64,000 nt of DNA, taken from Eledone cirrhosa (taxonomy: Eukaryota). The notes below the pieces were generated by a model that worked only from the letters and a program-made list of their open reading frames with translations, ran no database searches and was not told the origin of the DNA. The stretch spans positions 45,570,001 through 45,634,000 of the forward strand of contig OZ024742.1 of assembly GCA_964016885.1 (NCBI GenBank), given 5' to 3'. Numbering within the stretch: the stretch's first letter is position 1; each line of letters starts with the position of its first letter. The translations under genes were made by a program, and so were the position numbers. Positions 1 through 13,073 of this stretch are shown one piece after another.

Positions 1-94
1 GTGTACACAAGAGTAGAAGAAAGAACCTTAAAATGATTGTCTGCATCCCTAAACCAATGATTCATAATCTAAAATATATATGAGTCAATGTAAG

Positions 95-248
95 CATTGC
101 TCTGTGGTTAAGAAGTTTACTTTGAAATCATGTGGTCTTGGCTTCTATCCCACTGCATGGCACCTTGGTGGGCAAGTGTCTGTTGTTATAAACTCAGGCT
201 GACTAATGCCTCGTGTGTGAATTTGGTAGAAGGAAACTTTAAGAAAGC

Positions 249-252
<4 letters not shown>
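95..252 (+). mobile_element. Degenerate tRNA-derived SINE fragment
   Basis: Weak A/B-box-like head (gtggttaag...ttctatccc) followed by ccttggtgggcaagtgtc, a CORE-like motif; ends at (TG)/(TA)n. Confidence 0.4.
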
Positions 253-297
<45 letters not shown>

Positions 298-523
298 CAA
301 AAAGTGAAAGTCAACAGGTTTAAATTAACTTCATTTATTCATATTCGCTGTTATATATATTTTAGTGATATCTATTATGCAATAGCTTTGACCTCATCAG
401 GCAGCTAGAATTTGAACAGAAAAAACAGAAATACATAGCGATGGAATAGAGCTTACTTCTGTTATTTTGATCTTTTGATATGCTTAGTGCTGATGTTTGG
501 TGTTGTTTTCCGATCTCTCGCTC

Positions 524-758
524 TCTATCTATATATCTATATCTATATATATATATATCTGTATATATATAGACATATATATATATATATATATATCTAT
601 ATATATATATATATAGATAGATAGATAGATATATATATAGATATAGATAGATAGATATATATATAGATATAGATAGATAGATATATATATAGATATAGAT
701 ATAGATAGATAGATATATATATAGATATAGATATATATAGATATAGATATATAGATAT

Positions 759-809
<51 letters not shown>

Positions 810-1068
810 TATATATAGATATATATAGATATATATATAGATATATATATAGATATATATATAGATATATATATATATAGATATATATATAGATATATAT
901 ATAGATATATATATAGATATATATAGATATATATATATATAGATATATATATAGATATATATATAGATATATATATATATAGATATATATATAGATATAT
1001 ATATAGATATATATATAGATATATAGATATATATATAGATATATATATAGATATATATATAGATATAT
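524..1068. repeat. (TA)n/(GATA)n compound microsatellite
   Basis: Directly visible. Confidence 0.95.
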
Positions 1069-1288
1069 ACAATTAAGTTAAAGTGTACATCTACATATGT
1101 ATACGGAAGTATTAGTATGCATATAAATACACACATGTATACATATGTACATGTACTAAGTTTTTCACTAGACACTTTACAGTGAGTGTCAGCTAGTCTG
1201 TATGTAACCACACAGACGGACCGGGTTTTAGAGTCATACGAGTTTTCAAGGAAACACATTTCCTCTATTCTCCAGAGGGCCAGACAGG

Positions 1289-1333
1289 AATATTGGACTA
1301 GTTTCGATGTTATTACATCTCATCAGCAATATT
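1289..1333 (-). ncRNA. Minimal Type I hammerhead ribozyme (inverted copy)
   Basis: Minus strand reads AATATTG-CTGATGA-GATG taataa CATC-GAAA-CTA-GTC-CAATATT. Confidence 0.85.
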
Positions 1334-1777
1334 TACCCATCTTCCGGCTTCTCTGGAGAATTGTAAAAGCACATATCGTTATATGCTTTTTCTATGAAAA
1401 TTAGTAGTGGGTAGACTAATTTGCATAGAACGTGAGTCATTGTACGCACCGGTTCAGCGGAAACGATAAAAACAAATAACAATATGTACATGTACATATG
1501 TATACATGTGTGTATTTATATGCATACTAATACTTCCGTATACATATGTAGATGTACACTTTAACTTAATTGTTTAAGCGTCAGTCATACAAAAGTGAGT
1601 TAGAAGCGAAACGAAATTTAATTTCGTTTCGTTATTTGTTTTTATCGTTTCCGCTGAACCGGTGCGTACAATGACTCACGTTCTATGCAAATTAGTCTAC
1701 CCACTACTAATTTTCATAGAAAAAGCATATAACGATATGTGCTTTTACAATTCTCCAGAGAAGCCGGAAGATGGGTA

Positions 1778-1822
1778 AATATTGCTGATGAGATGTAATA
1801 ACATCGAAACTAGTCCAATATT
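1778..1822 (+). ncRNA. Minimal Type I hammerhead ribozyme
   Basis: Stem I AATATTG/CAATATT; core CTGATGA (1785-1791); stem II GATG/CATC; GAAA; palindromic stem III ACTAGT; GTC cleavage triplet ending at 1815. Confidence 0.88.
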
Positions 1823-2246
1823 CCTGTCTGGCCCTCTGGAGAATAGAGGAAATGTGTTTCCTTGAAAACTCGTATGACTCTAAAACCCGGTCCGTCTGTG
1901 TGGTTACATACAGACTAGCTGACACTCACTGTAAAGTGTCTAGTGAAAAACTTAGTACATGTACATATGTATACATGTGTGTATTTATATGCATACTAAT
2001 ACTTCCGTATACATATGTAGATGTACACTTTAACTTAATTGTTTAAGCGTCAGTCATACAAAAGTGAGTTAGAAGCGAAACGAAATTTAATTTCGTTTCG
2101 TTATTTGTTTTTATCGTTTCCGCTGAACCGGTGCGTACAATGACTCACGTTCTATGCAAATTAGTCTACCCACTACTAATTTTCATAGAAAAAGCATATA
2201 ACGATATGTGCTTTTACAATTCTCCAGAGAAGCCGGAAGATGGGTA

Positions 2247-2291
2247 AATATTGCTGATGAGATGTAATAACATCGAAACTAGTCCAATATT
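2247..2291 (+). ncRNA. Minimal Type I hammerhead ribozyme (second tandem unit)
   Basis: Same motif 469 nt downstream, core at 2254-2260. Confidence 0.88.
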
Positions 2292-2583
2292 TCTGTCTGG
2301 CCCTCTGGAGAATAGAGGAAATGTGTTTCCTTGAAAACTCGTATGACTCTAAAACCCGGTCCGTCTGTGTGGTTACATACAGACTAGCTGACACTCACTG
2401 TAAAGTGTCTAGTGAAAAACTTAGTACATGTACATATGTATACATGTGTGTATTTATATGCATACTAATACTTCCGTATACATATGTAGATGTACACTTT
2501 AACTTAATTGTTTAAGCGTCAGTCATACAAAAGTGAGTTAGAAGCGAAACGAAATTTAATTTCGTTTCGTTATTTGTTTTTAT

Positions 2584-2617
2584 ATATATATAGATATATA
2601 TATATATATATATATAT

Positions 2618-2698
<81 letters not shown>

Positions 2699-2726
2699 TA
2701 TATAGATATATAGATATATATATATA

Positions 2727-2818
<92 letters not shown>

Positions 2819-3206
2819 TATATATCTAGATAGATAGATAGATATATATATCTAGATAGATAGATAGATATATATATCTAGATAGATAGATAGATATATA
2901 TATCTAGATAGATAGATAGATAGATATATATATATATATCTAGATAGATAGATATATAGATATATATATATATATCTAGATAGATAGATATATAGATATA
3001 TATATATCTATATAGATAGATATATATATATATATCTATATAGATATATATATATATCTATATAGATAGATATATATATCTATATAGATAGATATATATA
3101 TCTATATATATATCTATATATGTATATATATATCTGTATATATATATCTATATATGTATATATATATATATGTATATGTATATATATATATATCTATATA
3201 TATATA
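2584..3206. repeat. (TA)n/(GATA)n/(TCTA)n microsatellite
   Basis: Directly visible. Confidence 0.95.
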
Positions 3207-3518
3207 TCATCATCACCGTTTTACGTCCGTTCTTCCACGCTAGCATGGGTTAGACGGGTTGTCCTGTTGTGGGCAGTGTCTGGTCGGCTGACCATGCCTT
3301 GCTCATACAGGAACTGATCTGGCTTGGTTTCTACAGCTGGATGCCCTTCCTAACACCAACCTCATTTACAGTGAGTGCTGGGTGCTTTTTCGTGGCGCCT
3401 ACACGTCCACTTTACAGTGTGGGCTGGGTGCTTTTTTGCCGTGGCACCTCCACGACCACCTTGCGGTGGGGGGAGTGGGGGCATATTGTTTATATGCTTC
3501 AGCATGTACCCATGGGAG
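3207..3518 (-). mobile_element. RTE family A, 3' UTR and (TGA)n tail fragment
   Basis: Reverse complement of approx. 57152-57463. Confidence 0.85.
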
Positions 3519-3519
3519 A

Positions 3520-3554
<35 letters not shown>

Positions 3555-3706
3555 GAGGTCTATATATATCTATATATATATATATATATCTATATATATA
3601 TATATATCTCTCTCTCTCTATATATATATATCTATATATATATATATCTATATATATATATATCTATATATATATATATCTATATATCTATATATATATA
3701 TATCTA

Positions 3707-3765
<59 letters not shown>

Positions 3766-3922
3766 ATGATGATGATGATGATATATATGTATATATATAT
3801 ATATATATATATCTATATATATATATATATCTATATAACTTTGAATAACTTTGAAATGTTTTGGCCAGTATTGGCCCAGGCCATGTCTAACTTAATAGCA
3901 CCACCTGGCGAAGTCTTTCAAT

Positions 3923-5845
3923 TCAGGATTTGGGCACCATGGCCCATTCGAGAAGAGAATTACTGTTTGCGGAGACATATCCGGGTGTGGGTGGTTTGTC
4001 CGGGATTACTTGGAGGAATTTGTCCAAAGACTTCTTGAATTTTGTGTGGTCAGTTTCTGTTTTGACGTGTCCTGGTGTGATGTTGAAGAGAGCAGGGCCG
4101 ATTGAGGTAAAATAATTGTGCCGTATTGTTGTTATGAGTTGCGATTTAGATTTTTGAATGGGACGGATAGCACGGGGCCCAAGCCTTGGGTGTATCTTGA
4201 AGGCGATGCCAACATCATTTGGGCAGTGATGATGGAACATTTTCCACATCATGCAGATAATATAACGCTCACGGCGACGTTGGAGTGAGTAAAGTTTCAG
4301 GTTTTCTAATCGACCCCAGTAGTCAAGGTCTGACATGCCATCTATCTTTTTCGTGATTGCCCTTTGAGGAGCTTCAAGTTTCATGATACTTTGTTTCGTG
4401 TGGGGAGACCACAGTGGACAACAGTATTCAAGGTGTGGTCGGGCAAAAGTAGAGAAGAGAAGGATAATGGTGCGGGAATCTCTCGACTGGAAGGTTCTGA
4501 GGATCCAGGAACACATTCTGCGGGCAATGTCAACTTTGCTGCTTATATGCGTGGTCCAGCTTATGTTGCTGTCCACGGTTACTCCCAAGTCTCTGATGTT
4601 GTTAGATGCCACGAGAGTTTCCCCGGAGGGAAGGGAGTACGGGAGTTTCAGAGCATCCTCTTTTCCAAAGTGGATCAGTTCGAATTTGTCTTCGTTCAGT
4701 AACATGTTGTTCTTTTCCGCCCATTGGGTAACAGCCAGTAGGTCTGACTGAAGGCTTATCCGGTCATCCACGCCATTGATGACCTTTTGGAGCTTGGAAT
4801 CATCAGCGAAAATTTTAATGTTGCTGTGTTTGATGATGTCAGTGATGTCATTAATATAGATGATGAAGAGAAGTGGGCCCAACACAGTGCCTTGTGGGAC
4901 CCCACTACTGACTTTGGCTGGGCTGGATTTGACTCCCTCAACTACAACATGTTGGGTTCTGTTTGACAGGAAGCTCTTGATCCACTGCAGCAGCTTTCCA
5001 GTGACACCAATATTGGACAGCTTTCTCAGTAGAATGTTATGATCAACCCTGTCAAAGGCCTTGCTGAAATCAAGGTAGATAACATCAGTGTTGGAACCCT
5101 CTCCCAAGGCTCTCAAAATGTCATCAAAGTGATGCAGTAGCTGCGTCAGGCAATCCCTTCCATTACGGAATCCATGTTGGTTGGAGTTCAGCATATTGTT
5201 ACTCTCAAGGAAGTGGGTCATTCGCGATCTCACCACTCTCTCAAATACCTTAATGATATGAGAGGTGAGTGAGATTGGACGGTAATTCACGGCAAGGGAT
5301 TTGTTTCCCTTTTTGAAAACTGGGACAACAGACTGGGATAGAAGGTTTTCTGGCACATATCCAGCATCCAGTGAGTTCCGCCACAGATTGGCAAGAGGAG
5401 ATGCAAGTTGGTGTTGACACGCCTTCAAGACACAAGCAGGGAACCTATCGGGACCTACTGCTGAATTATGCTTGATTTCCTTTATTGCCGCCAAGACATC
5501 AGGGGCGCCAAACGTTATGTCCGATAAGGTGTAATGGGGAGTAACATCGCCGATACAGCCCAGATCGGCCATATCAGGATTGCTGAAAACAGAGCAGTAT
5601 TGTTTCTGCAGTATCTCACCCATGGTTTTAGCATTGTCTTGAAGAGTGCCATTTTCATCAATTAGAGGGCCAACAGTAGAGCCAGTGATTTTGTGTTTTT
5701 TTGCAAATGAAAAGAACACTTTGGGATTGAGTTTGATCTTCTCAATGGCCCAGGCCTCTTCAGCTCTTCTCTGATTGTTGATGAGGGACATTATGTTGTT
5801 TTGGAGGTTATGTTTTTTAATCTCTAGTGATGAAATGGCAGTCAA
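3923..5845 (-). pseudogene. CR1-type ORF2 reverse transcriptase portion
   Basis: RT motifs as above; out of frame with the upstream APE portion. Confidence 0.9.
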
Positions 5846-6926
5846 GTTGATGTGTTGCTGCTGACTGTATTTCAGCTTGTTGATTTTTTTTTGTTCGTTC
5901 TCTTAATTTTTCTGATGAGCGTTTTTCTATTTCTAGGGATTCTGCTCTTAATGGGGTGTGTTCAGCACATATGTTTGTAACAGTGTCCACAAATGTCTGC
6001 CAGGACTTTTTGATGTTAGTGGGTGTATGAGTGTGCGTGAAGGACCAGTCGGCATGGGCAAGATCATGACTGATCGCTTCCCAGTTTGCATTGTGGAAAT
6101 CCATAGCGTCAAACGGATGGACAGGAGAGATGACATTGGGTTTGTATATTGGACGGTGGAATCTCAGATCACAGAGAACCATGTCATGATCAGAGAGTAG
6201 AGTTTTCTCCACTGCAATATTGTGGATATTGTCAGTGTGATTGCTGAAAATTAAGTCTAGGACGTTTTTGTGGCACCTCGTTGGTTCGAGCACCAGTTGG
6301 GATAGGAAGAAATCATCCATGAAGTCAAGAAGCGATTCCACAGCTTCCCTGTCAGAGGTTGAGGCAGAAGAACCTGGTGGCAGGCTGTTTGTGGACCAGT
6401 CAACTCCGGGGAGGTTGAAGTCCCCCATCATTAAGATGTTGTCAGGGTGACACTCTTGGATGAAACACTTTATGCTGTTGAGGCATTCCTTGAAGCATGG
6501 TACAGGCGTTTGGGGTGGCCTATAGAGCCCAACTACTAATAGGTTGTTGGTTTGACTGAATACAGTGACTGCTTCACAGTATCCATTAGTGAATATGTTC
6601 ATAGCCTCTGTTGAGAAAGAATTATGGACATAAATGGCAGTTTCGCCCTTTCTTCTGCCAGCGCGATCAGCACGGATGGCTTTGAAATTTTTCACTTTCA
6701 CCTCGGCTTCCAAGTGGAGGTTACTGAGATGGGTTTCAGTGAGGACGAAGAAAGGGATGTGGTTTGGATGGACATCAATCCAGTCCTCCAGGAATTTGAT
6801 CTTCCATTTTTGAGTATTGGTGGAAGGGCTGATGCCTTGGGCGTTAAGCAAAAATGTAGAGGCAAGAGTGGATGGTTTTAATTGTTTTGGTGTGTTGTTA
6901 ATTTGTTTGTTTGTTAATGGCAGCAA
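5817..6926 (-). pseudogene. CR1-type ORF2 APE endonuclease portion
   Basis: GDFN, LDL and SDH motifs of the APE fold. Confidence 0.88.
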
Positions 6927-7273
6927 TGGGAGTTTGTGCAGTGGGGTGATAGTGGAGGGTGGTGCTGGGTGATAGCTCGAATGTTTTTTTCCAGTTCTTT
7001 TGCCAGATTCATTATGGCTAAAAAAGAGGAAGAAGTTTCCTGTTTAGAAGACTGTTGGTGACTGTGGTAGTGGTTATTTTTATGTAGGTTATGGTTTTTG
7101 TTTTTGCTTTTATTTTTAATTTTATTTTCATTTGTCCGACGGGTGCCCGGGAGATGGGTAAAGGGACAATCCCGGTCTAAACACAATCTGTCTCGCAGGG
7201 AAAAGCGGCAGATTTGTGGATTCCTTGTTTGAGTTATTGGTGGTTGTGTTGGTGTTATATATATGTGTTGGTG

Positions 7274-7330
<57 letters not shown>

Positions 7331-7608
7331 TAGATAGATAGATATGTTTCTTTTATTTGCCACTAGGGCATCAAAAGTGGGACAAGTACAAAGGGGGGAG
7401 TTTACACAAAAAGGCGTCCTCAATAAGGAGGAGGCAATAACAAAATATAAAAATAAAATAAGATATAACAAAAAATAAAATTTTTAACAAAATCCTCAAT
7501 AGAGAGGAGGCGCCTTGGGGGGTCGCACACACCCCCGAAAAAAGTGTGCAACCCTTCTCCTCAGGAGCACAGAGAAGGGGTGCTCCCTTGGTCTTTCATC
7601 TTCCTCAC

Positions 7609-10600
7609 CTATAGTCTGATGTAGAGTGAAGGCCCATTCACACGGGCCATTCTCGCCACTTTCACCCATCTTTCATAGAAACGGCTGGGGTGCAGCACCT
7701 CTCTCTCCATCCTGATCCTTCTTCCGAAATGATATCGGAAGAAACGGACCAGTTGTTGGCCAGAGAGAAAGGTGCCTGACCTCAGTCCTTTCAGACGCGT
7801 CCACCATACAACCTCTTTCGCCATGGCTATTACGCACAGAAACACCGCCTCTGCTTCATCTTTGAAGGGGGGAGGCGGCTTGATCATTACAATAGACTCG
7901 GTGGTCAACCGGATCGGTCCCACCCTTGACAGCAGTTGTTCGACATAGCCCCACAGATCGGCTACGCCCGAGCAGTGTACCAATGCGTGTGCAATGGTTT
8001 CCTCGTCGCACACGCATCTGGGACAGATCTTTTTGGCGGGGTCCCTACCCGGGCGCCCGTGTCTGTAGAGCCTTTCTCGAACGGGTAAAGCCCCTCGGTA
8101 GCACTGCCAGGCCAGGGACTTCTGGAAGTTGTCCATAGGTCCCGGGCTGAATGTCCTACCGAACAGGCTGGCCAGTTCGTCCTCCTCCATGTCTAGGGCT
8201 TCTCCGAGGGCGTCGTCGCACCTGCTGCGTACCAGCCCTCTATAGAATGTTGCGGTGGAGTCTCCACTGATAACCGGATCCGCCTGCCAGAGGGCGGTGA
8301 GCGCCTGGGCACACTCAGTGTGCCAGGCGCCCAGTTTTCTCGGTCTTTGCTTGACCCAGGATTGCAGCTCGGTGAGTGAGACGAGTCTGGGAAAGGTTCG
8401 TCTCACAAACGAGGCCCACACCGGTTGTCCGGTGAGGAATACGTAGAGGTGCCGTAGCCTTAATGCGTGTTTACGCATCATTAGCCACGGCATCCCCAGC
8501 CCTCCTTTCGAAGGGTGTTGACAGCAGATGGATCTCCTCACCATAGGAGCCCGCCTCTTCCAAAGGAATTGGAAGAGCGCGCGCTCCATCTTGGTGAGGG
8601 TTTCCCTTGGGCAGGGCACTACGGTCAGGCGGTAGTAGATGACGGACGCTATGTAGGTGTTCGCCACCTCCGCCCGACCTTTCAGGGATAGTTTGCAACT
8701 GGCCCACTTCTGGGTCAGTGCAAACACCCTGTTCGTAACCTCCGCCCAGTTTTTCTCCACCTGGAGGTCCGGTCCGAACCAGACCCCGAGCAACTTCACC
8801 GGGCCCTCCGTCCAGCGTCCGACGACGCCATCGGAGGGCATCGGTCTGCCCCTCCACGTGCCGAGTTGCAAACCGATCGACTTGTCCCGGTTCAGCTTAG
8901 CCCCTGTGAACTTTTCGTACTCCTCCAGTAAGGTGCCGACCGCCTCGATTTCGGAGGCCGTCGACACCATTACTGTCACGTCATCGGCGTAGGCCGACAC
9001 CGCTTTCCGCAATCCCGGTTCCAAAGGGATGCCCTGCAACAACTCCAACTTCCGCAGTAGTGGCTTGAGAGTCAACACATACAGAAGGGAGGAGAGAGGG
9101 CACCCTTGTCGGATGGACCGCGCGATTTTGAACGGCTCCGAGAGGTAGCCGTTCACCTTGACCCTAGAGCAGATGCGGCTGCTGTGCATAGCAGTGATCC
9201 AGCCCCTGAAAACGGGTCCGAAGCCTGCCGCCGCTAGCACCGCATCCAGGTAACCATGGTCAACCCTATCGAACGCCTTAGATTGATCCAAGTTGATCAG
9301 AGCCCCACCAAAGCCGGGTTCGTTCCCAACCCTCTCTATGATGTATCGCATGAGGTGGAGGTTGTCATGGATGGACCTGGACGGGATAGCGCATGTCTGC
9401 GCATCTCCCACCAGGTTGCCCACGACAAGCGCCAACCTCTTTGCTAGCACCTTGGCCAAAATCTGTAACTCTGTATTTAGCAGAGTTATGGGCCTGAAGT
9501 TACTTATTTCGTCCCCCTTGTTCTCGTCCTTCCTCACTAGCGTGACTACGCCCTTGGTCACAGTACCGGGAATTCTCCCGTTCTGTTGCCAGTTGCAGTA
9601 GACCGCCTCGAGGAGATCGGGGAACAAGTCCGGCATAGCTAGATATAATTCGTAAGGAAGACCATCGAGACCCGGGGATTTGCGTTTGCCGCATTGGCTC
9701 AGCACGTCCTCGCTCTCAGCGGCCGAAATCGGCTCCTCGCAGGACTTCGCCTCCCTGTCCGAGAGGCGCGGCAGGCCGTCGAGGTATGGACCGAAGTCCA
9801 CGTTCCCAACCGGCTCCCCGCCCCTCCCGAACAGTCGGGCAAAGTGCCTTTGAAAGGCCTCACACATCTGCTTAGGCTCAAGAATCGCCCGTCCATCCAG
9901 GTCTCGCAAAGACCGGATGGTGGATTTAGTTCCACTGTTGGCCTCTGTCACGCGGGCCCAGCTAACAGCTTTGGTCCCCTCGTTCCCTAGAGCACGTATT
10001 TTACTTCGGACAACGCAGCCTTCGTGCTTCGCGTCGAAAAACTGGCTCAAAGCCGTTCTCGATGCTAGCACTCTGGCCACGTCACCGCTTCTAATTGCCT
10101 CTTCTACTCTATCTATTAGCTCCCTTTCCTTCCTATTCCTATCCGCAGCTAGAACCTTACTAAATTCTATCGAGACTACTCTAATCTCTCTCTTTAGAGA
10201 TACCCACCACCTGCTGTTGACGATCGCTCCAGTCAACCGTTCCTTAACTAACGTACTAATCCGATTCCTGTAGGCTCTACTTGCCGGCAAGGACAAGTTG
10301 AGCTTCCAGTAACCGGGTCCCTGTCTATGAGTTCTGTTAAGGTTGACCATGCAGGTCACTAATTTGTGGTCTGAATAGCCAACCATGCGCATTTTTGGAC
10401 AACTTAAAAAGTCCTTATCCTTAATTCTAACTAAGAACCTATCTAGGTACGACCTAGATGATCCGCTACGATTTGCCCAAGTCCAGGTTGGCGCAGTCGG
10501 AAAATCTAGTCGATATCTATCGGCCAGGTCAAATCGACCGATTAACCCTTTGAGGCTATTACACCCCTCTCTATCGGGGCAGGCCCCTACGTAGTCCTAT

Positions 10601-11070
10601 CGTGCATCTAGGATACCATTCCAGTCCCCCACTAATAGCAAGGAGCGGGACGTCCCTAGAAAAGTCTCCAGACGATGGAAGAAGTCCGGCCGCATTGACC
10701 CGAAAGGGCCGTAGGTGGCTACCAACCTAAACGCTCCGCCTTTACCACTGCCAAGGTCCAGAACCACTAGTCGACCCTCCGGGTCCAAATGTACCATCTG
10801 TGTTGCGAGACCCAGATGTTTTTGCAGTAGAAGGACAACTCCACCCCCACCTCCGGGCTGACAGAGAGATGCGTGCATCTCAAAGTCATCAAAGGTGGGG
10901 GCGAGCTGTCGCACGTTGCTGATCCGGGCCTCGCAAATAACCATCACATCTATACGTTGTGACCTGAGGTCATTTAGAAGCATTGCTTGCTTCCAAGTTG
11001 AGCCCAGGCCACGCGCATTTAAACAGCCTACTCTTAGCATAGCCATGTTGGTGGTGAAGAGAAAAGGCAC
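7609..11070 (-). pseudogene. Tx1/L1 ORF2 (APE + RT + C-terminal Cys/His motif) with one in-frame stop at 10597-10599
   Basis: LNARGL, GDWN, YLDRF, SDH, WKLN, SPGLDGL, LDQSKAFDRVDH, RQGCPLS, YADD, CPRC...HALVHC; ORFs 10597-11070 and 7609-10392 share one frame. Confidence 0.9.
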
Positions 11071-12847
11071 TTACCTCTCTGCGTCCCGGGTATCGGGCTG
11101 CACAATTTCCATTAGGGTGGGGGATGGGTTGTTGGGTGGGGTGGTGGTTTGTGGAAGTGTAGGGGCATCAGTGTGTTGTGTGGTTGGGGAGCTTGGAGTT
11201 GTGTGGGTGTTTGGGGAGGGGGTGGGGTAGTTTTTTAGGAGGACGCGGTTAATGGGCCCGACGCAGGGGGGACCCACGTCCTCTTTAAAATTGTTTTTTA
11301 AAGTTTTATAGGTGTCCTGTGGGGCCTTAATCATTTTGAGGTGGGGGAAATCCCCTGCCTGGGTGAAGTTAGGCCCTTGTGTTTTTATTAGATTGTTGTT
11401 GTACACAATGTTTAACAGTTTTTTGTTTCTTGTGTTTATGTATGTGTATGCATGTTTTTGTCTTTGTGTGGTGTTTTTTGTTTGCTGTTGTTGTGAGCTC
11501 TTTCGTGTTGGTGTCAGTGTTATGTTTTGGGGAGGGGTTGTTTTCATTTGTGTGTCTGAGGTGTGTTTTCTTTTTTTTCTTTTGATTGTGTGGAAGTGCT
11601 CCTCCTCGTCTGACGACGAACTAGGGTCATCTTCCGCGTTGGAGGGGAGGGGGTATATTTTCGGGTTGTGTTTGCGGTGCGGGTGTTTTGGAAATTGTTT
11701 TTGTTTTTTGAGTAGAGGGGATGGGTTGGACATTGTTTTGTTTTGGTTTGAGCTGTGGTGGTTGTTTTTGTAGTGGTAGTTGTGGTGATTGTGTTGGTTG
11801 TGCAGTTGTTGGTGGTGTAGGCAGGATTGGGGTTTTCTTATTAAGTTGGGGACAGACAGCCCTCAGGTGACCTCTGGTTCCGCAGAGGTAACACGAGGGC
11901 CGTCTATCCTCAACGGTAATGTTGATGAAGGATAGATCATCCAGTATGACGCGTTCAGGGATCTGGGCGATCCTTTCGGGCCTCATTTGAACTACAAGTT
12001 CGAGGCTCGTTCCACTGAACGCGTCACCCGATGCCTTTCCCATGGACACCAGCATGTCATCCTCCAGGTCCAGGAAACCTGTCAAAACCCACCATATGTC
12101 CATAATCGGCAGGATGGTGTGGATTTTTATTTTTTGTGTTCTTCTACCCATGTACGTAGGGTAGAAGGTGTATGCGGTGGATGTGATTGGTTTGATGGAC
12201 AGTTTCACTGCTGTGTCCCTGTCCTTCATGAGAATGGATAGACTCCCGTAGAGTCTATCCTTCTGAATGAAGGTGATGTCCTTCATGACGTCTTTTAAAA
12301 CCAGCTCTATCTCACTCTGTGATGGTTGCGCTGGCTTTTTACTTTTGTTCGAGATTGTCCTAAACATGACCGTGTTTAGGAGTCTCTGGCTTTTTAGTTC
12401 CGGGGGGGAATGGATTGTGAATGAACCATTTTCTCCGTACACTATATATTTTTTCGCATCTGCCAGTAGCTCCTTTGCTTTGGTTATATCTACTGGCAGA
12501 TAGTCGAGGGTTTTCCTTGTCGTCTCGGCGAAGGAGAAATTTTGTTTGTTTGTGTTGTTGTTGTCGTTGGTGGTGTTGTTGTTATCATTGTTGTTGTTGT
12601 CACCGTTATTGGTCTTGTTGTTATTGTTATTGGTGTTGTTTTCGTCCGTCGCATTGTTGTTGCTGTTGCTGGTGCCGCTGGTTTTTTGGGTTGTTGCCAT
12701 GGCAACGTCAAGTTGTCGGTTAACAGGTGGAGAGAATTCTTCCTCTGGCTGACCTTTCTTCTTGACCTCTGTGACAGTGGCAGGGGGAAGCTGTAAGTTT
12801 ATCTTCCCCTTTCCTCCTTCGAATTTTGGTGAAGAAGCTTCGGCCAT
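11071..12847 (-). pseudogene. Tx1/L1 ORF1 (gag-like, CCHC knuckle), apparently frameshifted near 11630-11730
   Basis: CYLCGTRGHLRAVC zinc knuckle; two overlapping ORFs end right before ORF2. Confidence 0.8.
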
Positions 12848-13073
12848 TTAAAAAAATATTGACTTTTCAACAAGAAAAAACTTTTTTTTGTTTAACTATT
12901 TCGCCTAAAGGCGTAGAATATTTTGAGAGACTGACCAGATCAAAGTTTGACCTGGCAGTCCCTCTACAAAATGGTACAAAAATGAAAGTTCACAGTTTAC
13001 AATTTCCGGATGAATTTAAACAAAACTTACCGAGCGAGCTCAGCACATGTGTCCATCGTAAAGAGAGATAGAT

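Larger units (their letters stand above)
1069..2583. mobile_element. 469-bp hammerhead-containing repeat: one inverted partial copy (1069-1480) plus about 2.3 tandem direct copies (1486-2583); retrozyme / Penelope pseudo-LTR-like
   Basis: Near-identical units offset by 469 nt (ORF track 1707 vs 2176, 1852 vs 2321); reverse-complement copy upstream; both flanks are TA/GATA microsatellite. Confidence 0.85.
3835..7255 (-). mobile_element. CR1-group LINE, 5'-truncated: ORF1 remnant with CCCH finger, APE endonuclease and RT split by a frameshift
   Basis: ORF1 remnant CRFSLRDRLCLDRDCPFTHLPGTRR; APE motifs LNAQG, LTETHL, YRPP, MGDFNLP, LDLIF, SDH; RT motifs YLDFSKAFDRVDH, GVPQGTVLGP, FADDSK, RPHLEYCCPLWSP; short tandem 3' tail (ttcaaagtta)x2. 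Confidence 0.9.
7345..13066 (-). mobile_element. Near full-length Tx1/L1-clade LINE (about 5.7 kb)
   Basis: 5' UTR, gag-like ORF1, APE-RT-zinc ORF2, 3' UTR with AATAAA, then (TATC)n. Confidence 0.9.

Noticed and set aside
345-408. Minus-strand gctgc-CTGATGA-ggtc resembling a hammerhead 5' half
   Set aside because: No properly placed GAAA or stem II partner; at best a decayed relic.
1186-2515. Repeated 64-72 aa ORFs in the 469-bp unit
   Set aside because: No recognisable motifs, mostly non-ATG starts, overlapping on both strands; the RNA structure explains the unit better.
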